From: Eledone cirrhosa
Lineage: Eukaryota
DNA length: 64,000 bases
NCBI GenBank assembly: GCA_964016885.1
Contig: OZ024742.1
Span: 202,926,001 to 202,990,000, forward strand
Reading direction: 5' to 3'
A program made the translations under genes and the position numbers. Below the pieces are notes generated by a model, which was not told the origin of the DNA, did no database searches, and saw only the letters and a program-made list of their open reading frames with translations. Positions 11,637 to 24,057 of this stretch are shown piece after piece; positions within the stretch are counted from its first letter, which is position 1; each line of letters opens with the position of its first letter.

Positions 11637-12927
11637 TATATATATGTATTTTATATATATATATATATGTGTATGTATATTTTATATATATATATATGTA
11701 TGTATATTTTATATATATATTTTCTTGACGTTATAGTCGCATATATGTTATAGAATGCCGTTAGCTTCTTGCTAAAACAATCTCTATACCTCTCATTTAT
11801 ATTTTATATATATATATATTTTATGTATATATATATATTTTATGTATATATATATTTTATGTATATATATATTTTATGTATATATATATTTTATGTATAT
11901 ATATATATTTTATTTATATATATTGTGCATACACACCTGTATGGATTTTTGTGTGTGTAGATGTGTGTGTGTCTGAGGGGGTAGGTGTGAGTGTATGTAC
12001 AAGACAACCAACATAAGCCTTTTATTTCTAAATTTTCTAAACTATCTAAGTATTGGTCTCTAACCATTATTTTAAGTATTACCACCCCACATAAATTCCT
12101 CAATTTGTATGTGTGGATGTGTGTGTGTGTCTGTGGAGGTGGGTGTGAGTGTATGTGCAAGCCAACCAACATAAGTCTTTTTATTTGTAAATTTCTACTC
12201 TAACCATAATTTTCAGTAGCACCACTCCACATAAATCCCTCAATTTAAGAATGTCCTATAGTATCTATTTCATACTATTAACCTTAATTGAATATATATC
12301 TGACCAGGAATGCTTTTTGTGAAAATCAGTCATATGGAACTATTGTCATCTTGCCTGATGGTTTGCACTTTACAACACCACCTGCCTCTTTGAGGTCACC
12401 CTACTAGCATCTACAAACTGACCAATGAGAATTAAGACTATTCCTGCTGACAACATTAAATTATTTCTAACAAGCTCATATGTCCTAAGGCTCTGATACT
12501 ATCAACACTATAAACACAGAGCTGGCATATCTAAGAACTGACTAACTGCCTGATTAGGTCATAGCCATTCAATGGCTATCATCAAAATATATATAGCAGT
12601 AAATAAAGGATTATGAGTTCATGCAATTGACTAAGTAAATAATGACAACAAGGATTACAGTTACGAAAGGTGTTAGGTATTATATATATATATATATATA
12701 TATATACTTGAAAAAGAAGTAAGGTTCTATACAAAACAGAGGTTATAGAGAAGAAGTGTAATTGGAAATGGCACGAAAAGTATGTTTAAAGGATCTGTTT
12801 TTCTTTTCTTCTTTCATTCGTTAAGTGACATTATTCAACATTTCGAAACCGGTTATATTTGATATACTTTATAAAACGCCTTTTTTTAAATTAAAACTTT
12901 TCCTCACATTGTTTCAATATATATACA

Positions 12928-13660
12928 AAGCTTGCATGCTCCGTTGGATGTGTAATAGTAATATACGTGAACGGCAAAGCATAAATGAACTAAGTGAGAA
13001 ATTAGGAATAAGAGGTATCAGATGCTGTTTACTCGAGAGAAGACTACGTCGGTATGGTCACGTGATGCGCATGAAAGACGACAGCAGTATAAAAAAGTGC
13101 AGGGCGAACAAAATAGATGGAAGCTACAGAATAGGCAGACCCAGAAAAACCTGGGACAATTTGATAAATTCCGACCTCACACACTTACACCTCTCCAAGA
13201 CAATGTCACTGGACCGAGATCTTTGGCGCTACACAGTAATACAGAAGACCCGCCTTGACTAAGTACAAAGCAAAACCTACAGTCAGTAGGTACCTCTTAA
13301 CCAAAAATACACCGCATTTCCACTAACCCTACCCCCATCTGCACCACCCCTTTCTCTGTAAAGTTATGCTGGTACCACAACATCCAGTCTTAAATAAATG
13401 AGGTTGTGTAGGTGTCACAACAAAAAAACACACAGTCCACGCTGTAATGTGGACATGTAGGCAACACGGTAGAAACCTCCCAGTCCATACTGTAAACGTG
13501 GTTGGTGTTAGGAAGGGCATCCAGTCGTAGAAAACCTGCCAGACAGTCCTATACGAGCAAGACAACCAATCTTGCCTCAAGTGGGACAATTCCCGTCTAA
13601 ACCCATGCTAGCGTGGAAGATAGACATTAAACGATGATGATGATCATGATCATGATGATT
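12928..13660 (+). mobile_element. RTE-clade LINE 3' end
   Basis: MLRWMCN..LGIRGIRCCLLERRLRRYGHVMRM..GRPRKTW..DRDLWR, 3' UTR, (GAT)n tail. Confidence 0.9.
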
Positions 13661-13776
13661 ATTATGTATATATATATATATATCCAAAATTAAATTAAGG
13701 GTTTCATGTCCGAGACATGCGCCATATCCACCGTAGAATATGCTCCAAGATTCCAATGAATAGATCCGAGCATTTT

Positions 13777-13995
13777 ATATCAACTAGAAACAGATTTACA
13801 TATATATATATCTAAAATAAACATATGAAACCATCAGAGGGAATAATTTGTAAAAGTGTCTAAGCACACATAGTTAAACTTTAATTAGTTACCTACCTAG
13901 CTATGTGTGATTACACACTTTTACAAATTATTCCCTGTGATTGTTTCCTGTTTATTTTATATATATATATATGTCAATCAATTTCTAGTTTATAT
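13777..13995. repeat. Fold-back inverted repeat (about 95-bp imperfect arms, 27-nt loop) in a TA tract
   Basis: AGGGAATAATTTGTAAAAGTGT..CACACATAG versus CTATGTGTG..ACACTTTTACAAATTATTCCCT. Confidence 0.8.
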
Positions 13996-14065
13996 GTATA
14001 TATATATATATACATACACACACACACACACACATGCTGTATATATATTTAGATATATATCATAC

Positions 14066-14137
14066 TGTATCATCATCATCATGATACAGTACGTATGTGT
14101 GTGTGTATATATATACAGTATACACACACTGTATATA

Positions 14138-14172
<35 letters not shown>

Positions 14173-14233
14173 TGTGTGTATACTGTATATATATATATAT
14201 ACACACACACACATACGTACTGTATCATGATGA

Positions 14234-14237
<4 letters not shown>
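14066..14237. repeat. Low-complexity palindrome
   Basis: ATCATCATGATACAGTACGTATGTGTG..CAGTATACACACACTG mirrored across a central (TA)n. Confidence 0.8.
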
Positions 14238-14269
<32 letters not shown>

Positions 14270-14279
14270 GTAGTATATA

Positions 14280-14317
<38 letters not shown>

Positions 14318-14832
14318 CACAAACATATGTATACATACACATATGTATGTATGTGTGTGTGTTTATACACACACACAGAGAATGTTATCATATGCTACAT
14401 TAAATGAACAAATAAACAAACAAATTAAATTGCCCCTCCCCAATGTGAATTCCAATCTCAGTGGAGGTTCTACAGACACACAGACACACAGACACACAGC
14501 GATACAGGCATGAAGTACTGTAAGAAAGAAATGTAAGAAAAAGAAAATTAAAAAATCTCTATGGGGTAGCTTGATCTGCCAAAAATAACAGCCAAAACTT
14601 CTCTTAAATCTACCACAACTATCTTATGTATGCATGAGCAAGTGAGAGCTTGTTCTGTTTAGAAATAGCAGCCAAAACTCTCAAACCACACACTAGTATG
14701 TATACCCACACCTACTCAATCCAAGATCCCCTTAAATCATAACTCTCCTCAACCTCTCTACCAAAAATCACCCCAACTCTCTTTCTCTCAATCCCTCATA
14801 CCCCTTCAGTTACAACATACAAGTCATAACTT

Positions 14833-15110
14833 GTTAGGCGCTGAGATAGCTCACTGCAGGTGTGAGCCTTGTGACATGGAATGGCTCTTCCAGCGCATCT
14901 CCCTAACCCTCCTCCGGGGAAACGCCTCCTCCATTCTGTCCGTCAGGGCCGTGGGGCGGCCAGCACATGGGACCCTATTTGCTCATAATACAAAGAGATG
15001 GGGAGGGTGAGAGAGATGGAGGCGATGACAGTGGGAGTTCGGCTCTTCCATGTTCGAACGTGGAGTGCGGTGTCAGATGTCCATAGGGAGGTAGTGGTTT
15101 GGACTTAGCG
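14833..15110 (+). mobile_element. CRE-like retrotransposon restriction-like endonuclease C-terminus
   Basis: Translates LGAEIAHCRCEPCDMEWLFQRISLTLLRGNASSILS, matching the FQRLSxxxxRGNA terminal motif of CRE-clade ORFs. Confidence 0.7.
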
Positions 15111-17021
15111 AAGGTTTTTAGAACCCTGTGTTTGCTATTATGAAGCGATAGATAGTTTGTCTCTTTCTTTTAGGATTCTTTTTTATTGAAACAGGAAAAG
15201 CATTTCCGAAGAGAATGGACAGATACTATATTTGTCAATATTTTGACTGTCATCATCATCACAGTATGCCCCTGATATAGGAGTTAAATCCCTGCCCCTT
15301 TCTACTCATCACCCTGTCAAATCCTGCTAGACTTGTCATACATTCAGACATCATAGTTATCAGTCTCACCCCCCACTCCCACCCACACACACGGGGTAGA
15401 GGGGCTGTTTAGTTGAGTCAATAACCAACAAACCTTCTGGTGCTAGTACCCCACAATATACGCCCAGTTTACCCTGTGAGGTAGTTAGCAAAATGAAGGC
15501 CGTCAAGCTATTGGAACCATGTGGGAAAATGGTGGAAGCGACACTCTAGTTGTGTCAAGGACACAACAACTTCACTAATGTTGGTGATCTACATGATAAA
15601 CACACACAATACACTCTGTAAAGTTGTTGGTGATAGGAAGGGCATCAAGCCATAAAAAGCTTGCCAGACTGAGGGTTGGGGGGACTCATCAGCAGTTTCA
15701 AAGACAAATTCCTGCTCCCCACCTCCTACACCATCTCTCTGAGACGTCAGTAACATTAAGTACTGACTTGGCTGGTGATGACCTGTCCAACCCTTGCAAG
15801 CAAGGAAAAGCAGACATATAATGATGATGATGATGATGATGATACTCTGAGCATGGATGTAGGAGGGGGGAGGGGTATGTAATTATGAACCAATGTGGGA
15901 GACCTCTATATCGTAGTTAGAATTGCCAGAAATAGATTCACATCTCTTTCAAATCACACCCCACTGTCTTATATATTTGTATATCTATGTAAGAGGCAAC
16001 GTGGGAGACATCAATTTGGTAGCTAGTTTAGTAGAAATAGCAGCTAAATATGTCTTAAGTCACACCCTACTGTCTTACACATTAATTTATGGTAGTATGA
16101 GCCAATCAGAAATACCTCTACATGATTAATAGATTTGATAAAAATAGCAGCCAAACCTCTCTCAAATCATGTTTTATCATCTTAGTTAACTATATATGTA
16201 TGTAAAAGCAAAGGAGAGAGAACTCAACATAGAAGCTAATTGTAATAGAAATAATAGCCAAATCTCCCTCAAATAGTATTGTACTGTATATGGATAGACA
16301 AGCAAAAGAGAGAAATCTCTTCACTGTAGCTAGATATCATAGAAATAGCTACAATGTTCAAGTTGCACCTAAATGTCTTGTGTGTGCGTGTACACACACA
16401 CACACACATTATATATATATATATTCATACACATTTATATATGTACATACACATATAAATGTATATATCCAACCATTACTAGAAGGAAAAAATGGTCACG
16501 AAATGTAGAGCAGGACACTGAATTGTGTCAAAAACATGATAGCCCCTTCTGTGCACAAGGTGGAATGTGAGACCATAGATAAGCGAAACACAGATCCTTG
16601 GCCCCTCTGGGAGACTAGTGGCTCTGCTTCAGTACGGACTTGGTCTATTGTTGACCTGTTCAACCCTTGCTATCAGGAAAAGTGGGCATTAAAATGACAA
16701 TGATGCTGATATATATATGCACACACATCACACACACACACCTACATACTTAGAATGCAGATGTAAATTCATGATGATGATGGTAAAATATGTATACATG
16801 ATATATATATATGGTCGTGTAGGCGCCATGGGAAAAAAGCACCCAGCACTCAATGTAAATGAGGTTGGTGTTAGGAAGGCCAACCAACTACTGCCCACAA
16901 CAGGACAACCCGTCTAACCCATGCTAGCGTGGAAGAACGGACGTAAAACAGTGATGATGATATATATATATATTTATTGGCTTGATTAAAACAACAAGAG
17001 GCCAGACTGGTGATGTTCCTT

Positions 17022-17095
17022 TAAAGTTCTATTGTTGCGAAAACAATTTCTATGGCCTGGATATGTAAGATCCTGGTGACATCATCAGATGCAGA
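17022..17095 (-). ncRNA. Decayed type I hammerhead-like motif
   Basis: Minus: CTGATGA-TGtcaCCaGGAT cttacat ATCCaGGcCAta-GAAA-TTGTT ttcgc AACAA-TA; stem I poorly paired; next to a TA tract. Confidence 0.45.
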
Positions 17096-17588
17096 TTGCA
17101 GAATTAGTTAATCAATAAAGGAATTAGAGCATACACAAACAGAGAAAGTACAGAAAAAATACACAAAAAATATTTGATTTGAAGATGTCCAGCGATCTAG
17201 GTATTATTGTTGTCACAGGCCATACCCAGAAATTCATTTTCAGCTGAGTATACTGGAGCAACATGAAATGAAGTGTTTTGCTCAGGAACACAACACACAA
17301 CCCAGCCCAGGAATTGAACCCATGTTATTATGATCGTAAGTCCAACACCCTTACCATTAGGCCATGCACCCCCACACTATCAAATGACCATGCCTGCAAC
17401 TACAAATGTTACAACCTACCATCTCATCTCTATTAACATGGAGCAGTAATACAGTAATACTTTAAGCTCCAAGAGTTATTTTATACTTCTAGTTTTCATA
17501 TCTTAGGGCTGGCATTTAAAAAAGTTAATAGAATGCATTAAGGGAATTTTGTTAAAAAATACTTTAAAAGAAGAGAAAGCAATATATA

Positions 17589-17656
<68 letters not shown>

Positions 17657-20034
17657 CATACATACAAACACACACAGTGACAGATTTATTTTAATGCTCT
17701 ATCAATTTGTTCTAATAAAATTTCTATAATTTATCCCACTTAATTTGACTAAATCCATTTTCAGGCCTGTAACACCAAATAAATGGCAAAATGCGTTAAT
17801 AGAAATATATGAGTCTGTATGTATATATATGTGTGTGTATATATTTGTTTATAATCATTATATTTTTATGTCCACATGCTTGCATGTGTTGAGTCAGATT
17901 TCTCTATCATAACTTTCCTCTACCTGTCACTTTCCTTGGTCAGGAGAGTGAGAGTGTGTGCATGTGTGTATGTTTATGTGCATGTGTGAGAGAGGGTGAG
18001 ACAGAGAGAGAGAACAAGTAGGGATGTGTGGTTAAAAAGTTCATTTTGCAATCATGTGGTTTCTAGTTTCAATTATGTGCCATAGCTAGGGCAAGCTTCA
18101 TCTACAATAGCCTTGCGTTGGTCAAAACCTTGTGAATGAAGTTTAGAGGGCAGAAACTATCTACAACCATGATGATGATGATATTCAGTTCAGTGGTAGT
18201 TACATGATTAGGACAACTCCCTCTTTTCCCTCACATAATACAAGGCAAGATTCATAAAAAAGTACCGTGGTCGAATGAAGTTGCCTAAAAGCATTTCAAT
18301 CTTTTAACATTTAAACTGACTGCATCCAGCCAGAATTCTCTCACCTCTCTCTGTTTAAACCAACCATAACTGACCGCTCATACTGATGTTAGGGTATTGT
18401 TCTCAAAATGAAATATCAAAATCTATTGGATTTGATATTATGTGATTTGATATTACTGTGAAAATATAATAGTAAATACAGAGAAATGGAAATGCTAAAA
18501 GGTTAAGTAGCTGTCCAGTATGGCAGCAGTCCAATGATTTAAACCAGTAAAAGAATAGGAACATTCCATCTAACTCCTGGTAGAATCTTAAGGACAGAAA
18601 CTATCTTTCTTCAGGTTTGAACACAGCCAATTTATTCCAGAGAAAATGTGAGAAAGAAGGAAGCCAAACAGAAAGGAAAAATAGATGTAGAGAATAAATT
18701 AACCCCAGTACTGACTGGCACTTTATTTACCAACCTCATAATTTGACCTTGGCAGAATTTAGAATCAAGGTGTAGAGAGTCAAAATGAATATTGTAAAAC
18801 ATTCTATATGATGTCCAAAATTAATAAGATATCAATTTAGTAAGAAAACACAGAACTGGAAGAAACACTGTGATAATTGTTTCTAAAGTAGGCCCAAGGT
18901 GATAAATTTGTAAGAAGGTGAATAATTAATTATAATGATGACCCCCTAGTCTTTCACTGGTATTTTATTTATCAATCTTGAAATGATGAAATGCAAAGTT
19001 AACCCCAGCACGATTTGAACTCAGGACATCGTGAGCTAGAACAAATACAGTAAAACATTTTATCCAACAATGAGTGCCAATTTACCACCTAAAAGAATAC
19101 TATAAGGAATAAATAAAAAAAATAAATCCATTTTATTTCAAAATTTTAAATGGCTCCTCATTGCAACAAATTCCCTTGTCATAAAACATCAAAATTTATT
19201 GCCCAAATTTTGTCCTTTTTATTGAATTTGATTTCTTTTACAAATAATTACATTCTTTAGTAACTGTTTCTTTTCTAACTATTCTATTATTGGTATTTTT
19301 ATCACCATACATTCTGAGTTCAAATCTTACTGAAACCAATTATGGCAAGGAACAAATTTTACAAAAAACCACATCACATATGTTAACAAAATACATTAAA
19401 AAGAATGTCTATTTTTTTCTACATTCAATGTAGAAAAACATAAGTTAGAAATCTATTATTTTCCATCATTATATTGTTCCAATAAACTATTGCTATAATA
19501 TTTTCCAGAAAATTTTGCATAATCCATTCTCATCACGCTAACTTAGAAAAAATAGTAAAGTCAATGTGTGTGTATGGATGTGTTTATTATGCACGTAAGT
19601 GCATATGTATGAGTGTGTACATGTGTGTGATATCTCATAAGGCCAGAGACTAGAAAAAAGGTACCCATGCCTAACAATGTAATATATGGTGTATTCTTTA
19701 AACCTTTTCTTTTCACCATATTTCTAATGAAAATCACTGCCTATGATTTTTAAATCATATTGAAAACAATAAATATTTGTGGGGATTTAGAAATATAACT
19801 TTTCATTTTTAAGTTGGTGTTTGAAATATAACAAAAATTCTTATATAAAATGATGGTGGAAAGTTTTAGATAAATATAAGTACAGTTGGGTTCCAAATAA
19901 TAATGGGTGGTATAAGCAGGAGGTGGGTTAGAAAATTGGCAATTTTTTTTAGGCTGGCCCCCTTGAATATTTTAGAAACCAGAATTAGTTGTTTACTTTA
20001 AATATTGTGATTCCAACCTATTGAAAATCTGTGA

Positions 20035-20555
20035 CTCTCAGCTATTTGAGATCAGCTCTCACCACCTCCGCCCAGATCTTCCTTGGTTTACCTCTACTGC
20101 AGCTTCTTTCAACTGGGATTTCCTGGCACTTCTTCACACAGTGATCATCATCCATGTGCATCACATGTATGTGCCAATGTAGTTTTCTCTCCTGCACAAC
20201 ACTTCTGGTTACTCTTAAAACCAGTTTCTGCCTCAGTTCATCCAAGCTCTGCCATACTCTCATATTTACATTGCACATCCAACGAAACATGGATGCTTCA
20301 TTTCTCTCCAAACCATGCATGTCCTCTGCAGTCTCTGCCCATATTTCACTAACATGCAGCATCAGACTTTGCACACAGGAATCATACAGACGTCCTTTTG
20401 TAAATAGGGGGAAGTCATTTGTTGTCGACAGTGTGAATACCGCCCTAAACTTCATCCATCCTATCCTTATTCTAGCTTTTATGCTCTCAGAGCACCGTCT
20501 CTGTTGCTAATTAGGTTACCTAGATAGCAGAAGCTATCAACCACTTTCATGGATC
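20035..20555 (-). mobile_element. RTE-clade LINE fragment
   Basis: KGRLYDSCVQSLMLHVSEIW..LERNEASMFRWMCN..ERKLHWHIHV..GKPRKIW. Confidence 0.88.
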
Positions 20556-20580
20556 CTTTATATGATTGGAAAAGGTTTAA

Positions 20581-20794
20581 CCCTTTAGCATTCACATTAC
20601 TCTATATATACTATTATATTTTCATGGTAAATGCTTTACCTCGCATAATTATCTTGCATAATATCGAATCTATGAGATTTTGAAAGTATTTATTTTAAGA
20701 ACAATACTTTAACATCAGTGGCCAGTTACAGCCAGTTCCAACAGAAAGAGGTAGAGAATTCTGGCCGGTTTTGGCCGGTTTGAACATTAAAGGG
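20581..20794. mobile_element. TTAA-flanked piggyBac-type MITE
   Basis: TTAA|CCCTTTAGCATT...CATTAAAGGG|TTAA; family repeated about 7 times in the window. Confidence 0.85.
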
Positions 20795-20882
20795 TTAATC
20801 ATTGACACTCTTTCCCTTGACCACTCCTGTGCATCTTTTACATACAAAGCTTTCCCTTCCTGTTAGTATACCTGATATCCCA

Positions 20883-21061
20883 CTACATCTCTTCTGTATT
20901 CAAGAGTATGTGTATGTATGTATATACGCACGAGATGCACATAATGGTTGTAATACATGTATACAGGAAGGTGAAGGGCAACACGTTAGCAGAATCATTA
21001 TCACATTGAATAGACTGTTTTGTAGTATCCATATCAACTGTCCGTGCTCTACGTTCAAATC
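20883..21061 (-). CDS. Candidate host terminal coding exon (unknown product, hydrophobic C-terminus)
   Basis: Unique sequence with acceptor TTTGTCTTCTGCAG|G; open in phase 1 (FERRARTVDMDTTKQSIQCDNDSANVLPFTFLYTCITTIMCISCVYTYIHILLNTEEM*) and also in phase 0; no recognised homology. Confidence 0.3.
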
Positions 21062-21382
21062 CTGCAGAAGACAAATTTGTTTTCCTTTTTCTAATACTGA
21101 TAAGTAAACTATCAGTAGATTACTGGGATCAATTCTCTCAGGAAGAAATTAGCTGTTCAGGCCAGGAGAAAGATGCTTTCAGCCAAGTTCAAAATGCCCA
21201 AGACATGCCATATATCACTATAGTAGCCCTACAACTCTATCAGGATATTAAGGGCCAAATACATGTATTTATACAGATGGCATTTGCTGCATGGTGCATT
21301 CTATATGTGTGCTGCCTTTAAGAACTGATCAAGTGATCAGGTGTTCATGTGCACACACTACTGCAGTGCAATCCAAGCTTAC

Positions 21383-21484
21383 CAGGGGGCACTTGTTGCA
21401 CAGGATGCAGATGACAAGGGATGAGATAAAGACTGCAGAAAGGGAAGCTGCAGTTGAAGCTGGCACAAGGATTAGTGGAGGAAC
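21383..21484 (-). CDS. Candidate 102-bp symmetric internal exon
   Basis: Acceptor ATTAACCTTTAG|G and donor G|GTAAGC; stop-free in phase 0 (VPPLILVPASTAASLSAVFISSLVICILCNKCPL) and phase 1. Confidence 0.35.
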
Positions 21485-21900
21485 CTAAAGGTTAATAACA
21501 AATAGAAAATAAATGTCACAGCAAGCTTAGTGGCAGTTGAAGTTTATATATATACATATATTTATACACTCACACATATATTTACATATATATACATATA
21601 TACATATATACACAAATATATATACATATGATGATGGTTGCCCCCTCGTTATCGAGTATGGCCATTGCACGAGAAGAAAAAAAAAAATTAATAAATAAAT
21701 AAAAAATTAAATTAAAATAAAAAAAAATACACATATACATATACATATATACACACACATATATATACACACACACATATACATTAATAACAATAATAAT
21801 AATAATAACAACAATAATAATATACATATACATATATATAATACACATACACGCACACACATAAACATATCTATACACACACACACACACACAATAGCAA

Positions 21901-22655
21901 CTAACAGCGCTGCGATCGAATGTGGCTTTTTAGCCCAGCCAATGATCTAAAATGTCTTGCACAGAGTCGGCAACCAAAACATTCACTGGGAATAGCCGGC
22001 TGTGGTTGGAGTTCATGTACTTTTGCATGTCGCTTGAGCCCTCCTGCTGATTTACATTCTCTACCACATGTTTGGCAAGCAGGCTGAGTAGCATCTCCAA
22101 CAGCAGCCTGGTAGTCAACCACTGGTCTTACTTTATGGCTGCGAAGATGACTTTCGAGTCCAGCTTTGCTGAGGCAGAGTCTCTCACAGACGCTGCATGT
22201 AAGCACCATAGGAGGACCCTCGCCGTCTGGAAGTGCAACAGCAATGCCCTTCCTCACATCCCGCTTTACTTTCTCGTATGCAATTCGAAATGCCTCAAAG
22301 GCAACTTTTCCCTCATATACAGTCTTTCTCCATTTATTACGATCAGCAGCAATATTTTCCCATGTACCAGCAGAGATGTTAGCGTCTTTCAGAGAGGCTT
22401 TCAAGGAATCCTTATACCTCTTTTTTGGTTTATGTGGCGGTCGTTTTCCTTTAACCAACTCTCCATAAAAGAGTTGTTTTGGTATTCTAGAATCCTTCAT
22501 CCTGGCAAGGTGACCACTCCAACGGAGTCGTTGTTTAAGCACAAGAGCTTCTATACTGTCACACATAGAGCTTTCCAAAATCTCGACATCACTGATGTGG
22601 TCCCTCCAGTGAACGCCATGGATCCGTCTGAGACACATCTGATGGAAACGCTCCA
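21901..22655 (-). mobile_element. RTE-BovB-type LINE 3' end with three C-terminal C2H2-like fingers
   Basis: LERFHQMCLRRI..QRLRWSGHLARMKDSRIPKQLFYGEL..GKR...PKKRYKD; fingers CSVC..SHLRSH, CQTC..RHAKVH, CRLC..SHIRSQ; tail GGCCATACTCGATAACGAG at about 21640-21665. Confidence 0.92.
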
Positions 22656-22934
22656 ATAAAAAAATAAAAAAAACCACAAACAAACAAAAAAAATCAAAAT
22701 AACAAAACACACACACTCACGCACACAACACAACAAAAACATCAACTGCCACGACCACCACCACCGCCGCCATCACCAGCGACCGGGCCTTAAGAAAACA
22801 ACTTTAATAATAATAATTTTTCTGCTTTTGGCACGGATCCAGCGACTGGTCCAGCGCATTATATATATATATATACACATATATATACACATATATACAC
22901 ATATATATATACATATATACACACATATATACAT

Positions 22935-23278
22935 GGAGGCACATGGCTTAGTGGTTAGAGCATTGGCCTTACAATCGAAACGCTGTGAGTTCAATTCTCA
23001 GACCGGGTGATGTGATATTTCCTTGAGCAAGACACTTTATTTCACATTGCTCCAGTTTACTCAGCTGTAGAAATGAGATGATAGGGACTGGGGTCCATAT
23101 CATTCCACTGCAAAGTGGTTGTGGAGGTGCCACGGCAAAAAAGCACCCAGCACTCACTGTAAATGAGGTTGGTGTTAGGAAGGGCATCCAGCTGTAGAAA
23201 TCAAGCCAGAATCAGTTCCCGTCCCACCCTTGCAAGCAGGGAAAAGTGGACGTAAAATGAAATGATGATGATGATGAT
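22935..23278 (+). mobile_element. SINE family A, full length
   Basis: GGAGGCACATGGCTTAGTGGTTAGAGC..GAGTTCAATTC..CCTTGAGCAAGACAC..(ATG)n tail. Confidence 0.92.
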
Positions 23279-23304
23279 ACATATATACACACATATATAT
23301 ACAC

Positions 23305-23341
<37 letters not shown>

Positions 23342-24023
23342 TATATATATATATATGTATATATATATGTATATATATGTGTGTATATGTATATATGTAC
23401 ATATATGTCCTAATAAATCTGCCAATATATATATATCATCATTATTTTACGTCCACTTTTCCCTGCTTGATATATATATATATATATATATTGGCAGATT
23501 TATTAGGACAGAAGAGGGTGAAGTGTGATCAGAGAATCATATCTATTCTATAGATGAAGATGTAAGATGTATTTTCCAAAAAACATTTGAATAATTCGAG
23601 GTCATAGTTCATTTGAAGAGATTAAAAACAATTATTTGATGAAAGAGGAATGAGTTTCCATTGATACTTTTGTATGTATATATATATATTCAATTTAAAT
23701 GTCCATATAGAGCCATGACAGACTAAGGGAAGTATCAAGTATTCATTACAGTTGATAATCAAAAAGAGCTAGTGAGACAAGTAATAAAAAAGAAAAAAGA
23801 AATAATTAAATAAAAACTAAAAGAAAAGATAAAAGGGGAAAAATACAATAAAAATTAAATTTAATTTATTGAAGGCAAATGGGAGGCAGATTATGGATCA
23901 GAAAAAGAAAAGTTATATAAATGTATATAATTACAGTAATGTAATTAAATAGCTCTGTACAATACATAGAGGTCTCTTTTTTCCTTTACCTTTTTTATGG
24001 AATTACTTAAGACACACAAACAA

Positions 24024-24057
<34 letters not shown>

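Noticed and set aside
12700-12860. TTGAAAA and CGAAACCGGT motifs in a TA-flanked island
   Set aside because: Could not assemble stems I-III around a single core
22935-23010. tRNA-like sequence with A and B boxes
   Set aside because: Head of a SINE continuing into core and LINE tail; not a tRNA gene
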